IMG/VR virus record: IMGVR_UViG_3300010429_001449
Origin: a virus
Taxonomy: Duplodnaviria; Caudoviricetes
Strand: one strand, 5' to 3'
DNA length: 64,000 nucleotides
Shown: positions 55,984 through 64,000 of the stretch, in pieces
Numbering within the stretch: the first letter of the stretch is position 1
How the letters are laid out: each line of letters opens with the position of its first letter
Program-made: the position numbers and the translations under genes
The notes under the pieces: generated by a model
Database searches by the model: none
What the model was told of the DNA's origin: nothing
What the model saw: the letters and a program-made list of their open reading frames with translations, nothing else

Positions 55984-58071
55984 CTACTCAACCCGCTCGG
56001 CGTTGGCAAGACAAAAACGAGACAACTCGACTGCTTCCTGAACGATTTGCGGCAGCGGCCACGTGACCGGCGCAACAATACCGTCAGGACACGGGCCTAG
56101 TTTTCCGTCCCAACCTTCCCAAGCGAGACGCCTATCGGCGGGCGCGTTGTCTCTCGCCTCGTAGAAGGAGTGTTTGGCCCGCATCAAGCCGCTGCTCAAG
56201 CAGTGACCCAGATGATAGATCATCGTGTACGGGTTAGCCTCCTGCGCCGCCCTCGCGCTCGTGTAAGTGTGCAGATGATTACCGGCGGCATCTACCGGAC
56301 TGTGGTGAACACGCCAGCGGTAGGAAGGACGCCACCACGAAAAACGGTAATGAGAACAGACACTGCCTACTCCCAGCGAGCCGCCCCATCGAGTACCGTC
56401 CGGTTCGGCGTCGTGAATCCAAAAGTCGCCTGTGTGCCACAGATTAATCCATCTCGGACAGGCAAAAGCCGCCTGCCAGTACTCAAGACCGACCCAAATC
56501 TCGTCCGCATCGAGAACAAGCTGGTAGTTACCCGTGATTCTAGCGGCGAGCGACGCCCGCATCTCGCGTTTGTCGACCCAGACAGGACGCGCATCTATCT
56601 TGATCTTGTGTTCCGGGTCAGGCAACGCCCGCAACTGTTCCAAAACGCCGTTTTCGGGAGAGCCTCTGTAAAGCTCTACGGGGCCGTAGGCAATGAGAAT
56701 CTCGTGGACATGAGGATAGACCGCTTCGACGGCTTTTGTGGCCGTAGGCGTGCCGTAACATATCATACAGGCGGATATCTTGCGCGTTTGGAGTGAATGA
56801 TACGGCAGCCGTTCTACCGCTTTCTGCATCGCGCCCAGTCCGTAGGTCTCCACCACCCAGCGACTAGACTCCGCCAAGTCGGGCTTAGGTTTCGCCGCAA
56901 GTTTCTTGACCTTGCGAACGAAGGCTTTCTCGTTTCCCCACGGAACATAATGCAACCGATCTCCGTAAGCCCACCGGAGGACAGGGAGATCATAAACTAC
57001 GACCTGCGTTCCAGCAGCCAGAGACTCCGCCGGAACCATACCGAATCCCTCAAAGAGAGACGGAGCCAAAACCATGTGCGCGTGCCGCATCGCGTCGTAC
57101 TTCACGGAATCAGGGAAATTCTTCAGGCTGTGCCATTTGTGTAAGTCGGTATCTACTGGGACACTGCCGGGATCGCCAAAAGTAACCAGATCGAAGGGCA
57201 TCTTCAGCGAGTAAACGGCGTCAAAAGCAAGCCCGGCGCACTTGTAATCCGTGTTGCGTGCGCTCCAGAGCGCGTAAGGCCGTTCCGGAGGCTGCCAAGA
57301 ACACGGTTGATGCAGCGCGTAGTCATTTACAGCAGGAACCAGATAGTCGTAGAGACGCTCCGCGCCTGTCTCGCCCATCCACTCTCGACAATACCGCATG
57401 GATAACTCAGAGCAGCCCAACAACAGATCAGAGGCGCTGTAACCCTCTCTGGTGTGCGTAGTGTTCATCAAGTCGGCGACACGAGGAACATAGTTGCGCA
57501 CCCAATTCTCCGTCTCGAAATTCAGACAAACAAGTTTACAGCCTGGATGCGCCGCCTTGTAAGCCGCCGCCTGTAACCCCAAGCCGCCTTTCGAGTCAGT
57601 CATGCAGATGTCCAAGTCGGGCGGAATCTGGTCTTTGCCGTTGATCAGGAATTTCAGACGATTGCACACCGGATAATCCGTCACCCATCTCGGAACGGCG
57701 TTGGTGATGAAAAATACGTCCGCGCCAAGCTGAGCACAACTCAGGGCGTACTGATAGACCAGAAGTCTTCCGCCGGAATAGTGCGTGCTTGTCCACAGCC
57801 AACAACCAATACGCAACGTCCTAGCCAGCGGAGCGGCGGCGTTATTCATATTGACAGGCGGTTTGACTGGACGGCGGGAACTGGTACAACGTAACGGCAG
57901 ATTGTTGGATTTCTGCGGTCTGGCGTAATCAACAAAGCCGTTGAATATCAACGACTCTACCGTATCACTGGCTGCGTTGAAAATGCGCCCCGGCCTAGCA
58001 TAACGCTGAGTACCGCGAGCGTCGTAATAGTGAAATCCTCGCAAGACGCGAACTGGTATAACCGCCGCCAA
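55984..58071 (-). CDS. Bifunctional glycosyltransferase (GT4-like GT-B plus GT2-like GT-A)
   Basis: YSGGR, LAPSLFEGFGMVPAE.LA.G..VV.YDLPVL (GT4). ISACMI...LVLDADE (GT2 DxD). Confidence 0.85.
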   Translation of the reverse strand: MAAVIPVRVLRGFHYYDARGTQRYARPGRIFNAASDTVESLIFNGFVDYARPQKSNNLPLRCTSSRRPVKPPVNMNNAAAPLARTLRIGCWLWTSTHYSGGRLLVYQYALSCAQLGADVFFITNAVPRWVTDYPVCNRLKFLINGKDQIPPDLDICMTDSKGGLGLQAAAYKAAHPGCKLVCLNFETENWVRNYVPRVADLMNTTHTREGYSASDLLLGCSELSMRYCREWMGETGAERLYDYLVPAVNDYALHQPCSWQPPERPYALWSARNTDYKCAGLAFDAVYSLKMPFDLVTFGDPGSVPVDTDLHKWHSLKNFPDSVKYDAMRHAHMVLAPSLFEGFGMVPAESLAAGTQVVVYDLPVLRWAYGDRLHYVPWGNEKAFVRKVKKLAAKPKPDLAESSRWVVETYGLGAMQKAVERLPYHSLQTRKISACMICYGTPTATKAVEAVYPHVHEILIAYGPVELYRGSPENGVLEQLRALPDPEHKIKIDARPVWVDKREMRASLAARITGNYQLVLDADEIWVGLEYWQAAFACPRWINLWHTGDFWIHDAEPDGTRWGGSLGVGSVCSHYRFSWWRPSYRWRVHHSPVDAAGNHLHTYTSARAAQEANPYTMIYHLGHCLSSGLMRAKHSFYEARDNAPADRRLAWEGWDGKLGPCPDGIVAPVTWPLPQIVQEAVELSRFCLANAERVE

Positions 58072-58101
58072 GTCTCGTCCCTACCTTTCTCGCGGCTAGG
58101 A

Positions 58102-58425
58102 TCATGATGGATTCTCTTTGTGCCACGCCGCTAAAGCCATCGCATGAATGTCCGCTCCGACTGGATCGGCGTTTATCGCCACTTCTTCATCAGGATAAAC
58201 ACAGGCGATAGCGGGAGTGCCCGTTTCAGGCAAAATGCCTTCCTGCTTCATTATGATGAGGTCCGCGAGCGTCGACGCACGCGCTTCTGTCGTTATTTTC
58301 AGCGAGAAGGAGTTGGGAGAATGGTTCTGGTCAATAGATACTTCTCCATCCTTCAGGATTCGATACCCCCAACCGCCTGTCCACGGGGGCTGTGTCACCT
58401 GATACACCTGCTTTGTCAGTGCCAT
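58102..58425 (-). CDS. DUF4907-like small protein
   Basis: GWGY.I..DG...I.Q...P....T.E.A...A.L...K pattern. Confidence 0.55.
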   Translation of the reverse strand: MALTKQVYQVTQPPWTGGWGYRILKDGEVSIDQNHSPNSFSLKITTEARASTLADLIIMKQEGILPETGTPAIACVYPDEEVAINADPVGADIHAMALAAWHKENPS

Positions 58426-58427
58426 CG

Positions 58428-58757
58428 CTATGCTCCGAACGGTAGTTTGAAGTGAGCCGCGCAAGAGGCTCTCTCTTCATCATCTGCTACTTTAGCCGCC
58501 GCAGCCATAGTAGCCGGGTCTACTCCATCGGGATCAGAGAGTATCTGATTCTGCTCCAATAGAGTAACGGTCAACATCAAACCAAGATTTACCTTGCCAA
58601 GGAGTAGGTCAGCGAAGATATTTGCGATCTGTTCCGTTGTTATGTCACCCACAGAGCACGGGAGACGTGTTTGTAACAGACGGCTGAAACCGTCTTCGAG
58701 TAGTTCGTAGCTCCACTTGCCGGGGCTTATCTCAGCGATGTTCTTTGTCCAGGCCAT
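58428..58757 (-). CDS. DUF4907-like small protein (paralog)
   Basis: WSYELLEDG...Q..LP...ITTEQIA..FADL...K, similar to its neighbour. Confidence 0.5.
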   Translation of the reverse strand: MAWTKNIAEISPGKWSYELLEDGFSRLLQTRLPCSVGDITTEQIANIFADLLLGKVNLGLMLTVTLLEQNQILSDPDGVDPATMAAAAKVADDEERASCAAHFKLPFGA

Positions 58758-59959
58758 TAGGGTTTCTCGTACAGATAGAAGCCTTCGGGTGTCACAACAG
58801 GAGCAAGCAGCGGAACAAAACTCACTACATCCTGCCCGACATTGGAAAAGCCATTGATTAACGCATTGCCAAGCAGGTATATCCGACCGTTGAACTCAAC
58901 CGCGCTTCCGTCTGCGAAGGGATACCACCAACTCTGGCGAGACCGTCCGTAATCACCACGGTCGTACAATGGAGGCAGCAAAGACAACCAACCATCTCCC
59001 TCGGAACCGGCAGAGTATCCACCCGCGATGATGATATGGTCGTTATAAACCAACGCGGTCGCTCTTCGCGCAAACAGGAGATAGGGCAGGACGGGTATCC
59101 TCGTATCCCATTCAATTCCATCAACGGTAGTGCGTACAGCAAGCGGACTGACCTGCCCCATACCCGCATAAATCTGAGTACCGTCAGTCCACGTAATCGG
59201 CTGCAAGAAGTCGAAGGGCAAGGTCGGTAGTGTTGTCCACGTCGCTCCTACCGTAGCTCCAAAATCGGTGCGCTTGACCAACCGTTGATTGTTTCTTCCG
59301 CCGAAAGTCCACAAAGCGTTGTTGAAAACGACCGTGCCGGACTCGATCAGATTAGTGCCCTCAGTGAGGGATACCTGCGCCCATGTCGGAGGATTCATCG
59401 GATTTCCGTCCCACGACATCAACCAAACATCGGTAGGGTCTGGAAGCGCGTGCCCTAAATCACGTCCTCCTGCGATAAGAACCTTGTCGTCTGTACCATC
59501 ATTCACGATGCCACAGACGTAATGACTTCTGTGCTGCCACGGACCAGCACCAACGAGTGTCCAGTTCACGCCATCAAGAGACATCCACGTATCGTCGAGT
59601 GACACTCCTACGAAGGGGTCGTAACCGCCAAACAGCCACAGTGCGCCCTTGAACGACACGGCTGTAAACGACTCCCTGCCGGACCACGGAGCAATCGGAA
59701 CATCAACTCGGGCGTCGGTGCATTCTGTGTAATTCTGGACGGGGACATAGCCCTCTGCCGCGAGATATGTATTCGGATAGATGTCGGAGAGCCGGTAACT
59801 TCCTGCTCCTAATCCTGAGCCTCCTGCTGCCTCCATACGCACAAATGCGAGTTCCCACCGAACCTTCTCATCATCCATCTCATCGACGAGATTGTTCTGA
59901 TAGGGCTGGTCGCCCGGCTGGTACATCTGTGACCGTCTTGGGAGTATGATGTCGCTCAT
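58757..59959 (-). CDS. Kelch-like beta-propeller protein, paralog 3
   Basis: F.G.LW..GG...D.W.S.DG..W repeats. Conserved ILPRRS and EGFYLYEKP termini. Confidence 0.8.
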   Translation of the reverse strand: MSDIILPRRSQMYQPGDQPYQNNLVDEMDDEKVRWELAFVRMEAAGGSGLGAGSYRLSDIYPNTYLAAEGYVPVQNYTECTDARVDVPIAPWSGRESFTAVSFKGALWLFGGYDPFVGVSLDDTWMSLDGVNWTLVGAGPWQHRSHYVCGIVNDGTDDKVLIAGGRDLGHALPDPTDVWLMSWDGNPMNPPTWAQVSLTEGTNLIESGTVVFNNALWTFGGRNNQRLVKRTDFGATVGATWTTLPTLPFDFLQPITWTDGTQIYAGMGQVSPLAVRTTVDGIEWDTRIPVLPYLLFARRATALVYNDHIIIAGGYSAGSEGDGWLSLLPPLYDRGDYGRSRQSWWYPFADGSAVEFNGRIYLLGNALINGFSNVGQDVVSFVPLLAPVVTPEGFYLYEKP

Positions 59960-61203
59960 GGTTTTTCGTAGATATAGAACCCTTCAAGGGTTCTAGCCGG
60001 TCCCTTGGTCGGCGTGATCTCAGCAATGTCTTGCAGACCGCCTGTAAGTGCCATGTCTTCGTAGGCTGAACCTATCAGCAGCAGTTTACCGCCCCAAGAT
60101 ACTAGATGCCCGAAGACAACGGTGTTCTCTGGGTTGGGGGTTATCATCTGTGTCCAGACTACACCATCAGGAGACGACCACAACCCTCTTGATGAAAGAA
60201 TCCCCTGCGATCTGTACAAGAAGAGATGGCCGTCGAAGACAGCAATGCTGCCGCCGAATGCGTTGAAAGGATATCTGCTCAGCGGAGTATCTATCTCCCA
60301 CTGAGTACCGCCCGTCGGGCCGTAACGAGTTCTCCACATATTCGTGCCGTACGTTCCAGCCGTAGCAAGATCGCTGACGCCTAAACCCAACCACAAGTCA
60401 TTGTTAAAAACTGTCGAAACACCAAACCCCGCGCCGTTTCCTAGGAAGGCGGTCTGTGCTCCTACAAGGTTGAAGTCGGTCTGAATAACGTCGTCTAAGA
60501 ATGTTCCGTTGAAGCCTCGCATTATCCACGCACACAAACCGTTGCCATCCCCTGAATCCCACACAGCACAATTATGTCCTGCCCGTTCGAGAATCCCGCC
60601 TACGAATACAGACGCCCAGCCGGTTGACGGATCGCACAAGAAGAGCGTGCCGTTGAACACGCTGAAAGCGAGATCGAGAGAACCTCCGAGGAACATAATC
60701 ACGGGTCCGCCACCGGCATCGTACGAAATCATACAGTGACCTGCCAGCGGCGGAAGAATCGGCGCGGGGACAAGCAACTGAGTCCATGTTACGCCGTCGG
60801 CAGACCGCCACACGTCGCTCATCAGCGTAGGCGCGGTCGTCGGTCCTTGAATCCCGCCCGAAAGCCAGAGTTCGCCTTGATACTCGCACAAACCAAATAA
60901 TGTTCTGCCTCCAACACCGGCCCAAGACGCTACGGCGGAGTGCTTGACGACGGTGTAGGTATTGTAGACCATCTTCGGCTGGTAGCCTGCACTTACAAGG
61001 TCAGGATTAGGGTACGTATCACTCATAATAGGAACTGTAGTCTGCGCAGCGCCAGAGGCTGTCAAGAGGTCCTCAAGATTAATAAAGCCGGACTCCAATG
61101 CGAACCGTTCAGCCTGCAACGCATCAATAAACGTATTTGCGTACGCTTTCGGTGTGGGCGTATATGAACTGGAACGCGCTGGTAGTATCGGTCGGTCACT
61201 CAT
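59956..61203 (-). CDS. Kelch-like beta-propeller protein, paralog 2
   Basis: LW.SGG...DVW.S.DG..W repeats. ILPARS and EGFYIYEKP termini. Confidence 0.8.
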   Translation of the reverse strand: MSDRPILPARSSSYTPTPKAYANTFIDALQAERFALESGFINLEDLLTASGAAQTTVPIMSDTYPNPDLVSAGYQPKMVYNTYTVVKHSAVASWAGVGGRTLFGLCEYQGELWLSGGIQGPTTAPTLMSDVWRSADGVTWTQLLVPAPILPPLAGHCMISYDAGGGPVIMFLGGSLDLAFSVFNGTLFLCDPSTGWASVFVGGILERAGHNCAVWDSGDGNGLCAWIMRGFNGTFLDDVIQTDFNLVGAQTAFLGNGAGFGVSTVFNNDLWLGLGVSDLATAGTYGTNMWRTRYGPTGGTQWEIDTPLSRYPFNAFGGSIAVFDGHLFLYRSQGILSSRGLWSSPDGVVWTQMITPNPENTVVFGHLVSWGGKLLLIGSAYEDMALTGGLQDIAEITPTKGPARTLEGFYIYEKP

Positions 61204-62405
61204 GCTGGCAACCTGTAAAGGTACTGACCCTCTGAAGTTCTAACGGGGGCTTGAGAGAACGAGACCTCGTAAACATCATTGTTAGCCAAACCGAAGATTC
61301 GCCCATTGTGACGAAGCAGATTCTGAGTTCGACCGAGCAAGTAAGCATAGCTGCCTGCCTGCAAACTCCACAGTAAGCCGTTCTCCGATGACGCTACAGC
61401 ATCTGTGGGAAGCCCGGCCAAAGCACCCATCGTAATAATCGCTCCCTGTTCCTCTAGGAATGCCGATCTGCTCGACATGGCTACTATATTACTCGCCTGT
61501 GATACTACCTGCGTCCAGTTCATACCGTTGGATGACTTCCAGATGTCCGTCACACCGCCAAAACCTGCTGCAAGGAACCACGGGCTGTAAGAAGTACCAA
61601 AAGCAAGCCAAAGCTCAGAGCCGCGCACCAAAAGAACAGGTATCAACCTTGACGGGAACTGCGCCGTTGTCACAAGAGTCCATGCGGCAGGATCAGTTGC
61701 TGAATAAACTGCGGAGGTTATTCCTGCTGTCCCTCTCCATCCGCCAACGAACCAGTACTTTCCGTCGAATTGGACGATATTCGACATCGCCCCGCGCCCG
61801 CCACCTCCGGGGGAAAAGCCGCCGTCAGCCGCCTCTTGCACCCACACAGCGCCGGGAAGGAACGGGTTGCTCAGAGACCACACGTCGGCACGATTACCCA
61901 ACCCAGTGAGTAAACCGGAGCCTCCGCCGATCACGTAGAGCTTGTTGTTGTGAACTAGGGAGACGTGATAAGAACGAGCGGACCACGGAGCTATGCCGTA
62001 CTGCGCCCAAGTCGTAGGACGACCTTGTGCATCAGGCACAGAAAACCACACAACGTTAGATGAACTTGGGAAATTGCCTCCACATACCCAATAATGCCCT
62101 TCCCAGAAATCGAACGTATAGCCCGCCCGATTGTTGAACAGGCCGGGTGTGAGCGGCGTAATGCTTGCAGCGTTAGGCAGCGTGACAGGCACGTACCCCG
62201 CGTCTTCAAGAACCGTGTCGGGATACGTGTTGGTACGAACATAAACGCCGCCGCTTCTCCCGCCGCCGCCGGAGAGCGTTTCCAACGATACGAATGCACG
62301 CTCAACACGAAGCTTCTCGTCGGCATAATCAGCCAAAAGGCTGACAGAGTAACCGGCGTCTCCGGGTTGATAATACTGTGATCTGCGCGGTAGAACCGGA
62401 GTCAC
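61200..62405 (-). CDS. Kelch-like beta-propeller protein, paralog 1
   Basis: APWSARSYH...NNKLYVIGG...DVW repeats. VLPRRS and EGQYLY termini. Confidence 0.82.
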   Translation of the reverse strand: MTPVLPRRSQYYQPGDAGYSVSLLADYADEKLRVERAFVSLETLSGGGGRSGGVYVRTNTYPDTVLEDAGYVPVTLPNAASITPLTPGLFNNRAGYTFDFWEGHYWVCGGNFPSSSNVVWFSVPDAQGRPTTWAQYGIAPWSARSYHVSLVHNNKLYVIGGGSGLLTGLGNRADVWSLSNPFLPGAVWVQEAADGGFSPGGGGRGAMSNIVQFDGKYWFVGGWRGTAGITSAVYSATDPAAWTLVTTAQFPSRLIPVLLVRGSELWLAFGTSYSPWFLAAGFGGVTDIWKSSNGMNWTQVVSQASNIVAMSSRSAFLEEQGAIITMGALAGLPTDAVASSENGLLWSLQAGSYAYLLGRTQNLLRHNGRIFGLANNDVYEVSFSQAPVRTSEGQYLYRLPA

Positions 62406-62436
62406 CGCAGTCCTCCTTTGTTGCGGGAAAATTGCC

Positions 62437-62475
62437 TTCTACGCGGCGGTCACGAGTGTAACACGCCGCGTAGAA
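62437..62475 (-). promoter_or_regulatory. 12-bp stem-loop enclosing an extended -10-like motif
   Basis: TTCTACGCGGCG / CGCCGCGTAGAA arms with TGTTACACT inside. Confidence 0.55.
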
Positions 62476-62499
62476 AGGTATCCACATCAACAAAAAGAA

Positions 62500-62742
62500 C
62501 TACGGGCCATCCTTGCGGTCAAGTCTGATTGCGGTGCGTCCGCCTGCAAGAGCCGCCTTGAAGTTGGCGAAGGCGGCAAGTTGCGAAGCCGCATAAATCT
62601 TGTCAATTTCCTCAATCAGAGCAACGACGCAATCCACCGTGCAGTGCAAGTCGGCTCCGCCCTTCGCAAAGTCCGGGCGGATTACGACTGTCTGACCATC
62701 ATTCAGCTTTTTTGGGTCGGAACCCAAGGTAGCGCCTGCCAT
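62500..62742 (-). CDS. Small hypothetical protein
   Basis: SD AAGGAG. Confidence 0.65.
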   Translation of the reverse strand: MAGATLGSDPKKLNDGQTVVIRPDFAKGGADLHCTVDCVVALIEEIDKIYAASQLAAFANFKAALAGGRTAIRLDRKDGP

Positions 62743-62810
62743 CGTCTATCTCCTTGTTTACAAAGGGAGTATGTGTGTGTGCAAACAGCGCGTGACGTTC
62801 CGCAGCTTGC

Positions 62811-63164
62811 TTACGGAACAACAGCCAGCTTGATCATGTCAGCGGCGGTCAGAACGTACGTGGCCGCGCCGGGATTGACCGTGAGCGTTCCGTCGCCGTT
62901 GAAGACCAACTGAGCGTCGGCCTTCACGTCAACCCACAGACCGCTGCCAGGAGCCGTCTCGCGCAGGATATTCATGAGGACCGGCCCGGTGGGGTCTGCG
63001 CCATAAGTCGTGTCGACTGTGACGCTGCCCGCGATCACGTCGGCTGCCGTGACCTCGTGAACAATCATTCCCTTGCCGATTCCGTCCCGAAGAGTCTTGA
63101 CGGCGGCGAACACGTCCCTGTGATCGGTTGCAACGATCTTTTCAAACCAAAGCAAAGCGTTCAT
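62811..63164 (-). CDS. Small beta-rich putative decoration protein
   Basis: SD GAGGAG. VTAAD..AG.V...L.AAD.I pattern. Confidence 0.6.
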   Translation of the reverse strand: MNALLWFEKIVATDHRDVFAAVKTLRDGIGKGMIVHEVTAADVIAGSVTVDTTYGADPTGPVLMNILRETAPGSGLWVDVKADAQLVFNGDGTLTVNPGAATYVLTAADMIKLAVVP

Positions 63165-63181
63165 CTGAAACTCCTCTTTTC

Positions 63182-63790
63182 TCAGGAGACTCGACTTTTC
63201 CGCGTGTGAACTTCAGTCCACAGGCGGCTTCCGTTCAAAGCCAAAAGACGCTGCCGAAGCTCTTCGGCTGAACAACCTTCCGCGTCTTCCAAAATGTCGT
63301 CCAGAAGCTCGGCACACGTGCCGCTTTTTCTTATCATACCAAAGCGACCCGCGTTGTCCAGTCCAAATTCTGCAACAACCTCTTGTCTGAGCGTATTTGA
63401 GTTCAGGCGTTTCACGAGAATCCGTTGATCCTCGCCGAACTCGTTGCGCCGACGGAGGCGTTCGACCTCAGAAACCATATTAGACCAGCTTCCGTCGAAG
63501 TTCAAGGCCCTGTCGTCAATTAAAACGTCATAATAGATTTTTGGCGAATCGGAACCTTTGCCGGGGAGATTCTGGTTTATAGCATCGAAAGGAATACCCT
63601 CCGAGCGCAGTAATTCGGCTGTGGCCTCTTCGTCATCACGGACAGTGAATATCAAAATGCGCCAGCCGCGCTTCCGAAGCTCCAACATGGCTTCCTTGAC
63701 GCCGGGCAGAAAGCGGTTATCGGCGTCTACCATTGTGCCGTCTACATCAACGGCGAGAATGGGCGGATCAACTTGTCGACCATTTGCCAT
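63182..63790 (-). CDS. HAD-superfamily phosphatase-like protein
   Basis: AVDVDGT (motif I), IFT.R, IPFD.IN, PKI..D..IDDRA. Confidence 0.85.
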   Translation of the reverse strand: MANGRQVDPPILAVDVDGTMVDADNRFLPGVKEAMLELRKRGWRILIFTVRDDEEATAELLRSEGIPFDAINQNLPGKGSDSPKIYYDVLIDDRALNFDGSWSNMVSEVERLRRRNEFGEDQRILVKRLNSNTLRQEVVAEFGLDNAGRFGMIRKSGTCAELLDDILEDAEGCSAEELRQRLLALNGSRLWTEVHTRKSRVS

Positions 63791-64000
63791 CGTTTATATC
63801 CCACACAGCTTTCTGCTGAAGCTCATTCAGACGTGTAACAACACCTTCAATCTCGCCTGAGCGGAAACCAAATGGATGCAAAGTTACGGCTATCATGTTG
63901 GGGTCAATCGCAGCAAGCATATCTCGAACGTAGGGATGTATCGGCTTATCCCTGAACCGTCTCCCAATGTTACACTTAAGGTAGTCGCGGATGTCGTCCT
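63768..64000 (-). CDS. C-terminal end of an upstream gene (partial; absent from ORF track)
   Basis: Open frame ...DDIRDYLKCNIGRRFRDKPIHPYVRDMLAAIDPNMIAVTLHPFGFRSGEIEGVVTRLNELQQKAVWDINDGKWSTS*. Confidence 0.6.
   Translation of the reverse strand, partial: DDIRDYLKCNIGRRFRDKPIHPYVRDMLAAIDPNMIAVTLHPFGFRSGEIEGVVTRLNELQQKAVWDINDGKWSTS

Noticed and set aside
49959-62405. Diversity-generating retroelement or invertase shufflon behind the paralog arrays
   Set aside because: No reverse transcriptase or recombinase, all copies share one orientation, and I saw no near-identical DNA repeats. The copies look like old duplications.
63830-63980. Additional TGTTACAC motif copies
   Set aside because: They lie inside the partial upstream CDS, and one is on the opposite strand. 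Likely chance matches.
63768-64000. Possible HipA/PI3-4-kinase-like C-terminus
   Set aside because: Only 76 residues are visible, with no catalytic motif, which is not enough to call.
1-64000. Stop-codon reassignment, tRNA genes, introns or inteins
   Set aside because: Standard-code ORFs tile the minus strand tightly and use all three stop codons. I noticed no cloverleaf, intein or intron signatures by eye.

Overview
A 64-kb segment of a large tailed bacteriophage (or prophage) with a contractile tail. Essentially all real genes are on the minus strand, so the window reads from 64000 down to 1. (1) An accessory and virion-decoration block lies upstream of the portal: a HAD phosphatase, three beta-propeller paralogs, two DUF4907-like paralogs, a fused GT-B/GT-A glycosyltransferase, nine domain-shuffled fibre/cement-like genes and a cupin. 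(2) The head module has a portal, a protease-scaffold fusion and an HK97-type major capsid protein with an inserted domain. It is followed by a GT17-like glycosyltransferase moron and a candidate small RNA. (3) Next come neck genes, a 909-aa sheath, three gp19-like tube paralogs, a chaperone pair with a -1 frameshift, the tape measure and an eCIS-like baseplate (two tube-initiator paralogs, LysM, hub, gp5-like spike, gp25, J, an apparently split wedge protein, DUF6519-like fibre). (4) A lysis-position cassette encodes a metacaspase (peptidase C14), a holin-like protein and an overlapping lipoprotein. I recognised no peptidoglycan hydrolase anywhere in the window. (5) The start of a replication operon encodes a family-4 UDG, an HTH initiator carrying four internal palindromic iterons, and a DnaC-like loader that runs off the edge. 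The strongest novelty candidates are the caspase/holin/lipoprotein cassette, the combinatorial fibre gene array, virion glycosylation, and two structured non-coding RNAs. All family assignments come from motif recognition by eye, with no database search.
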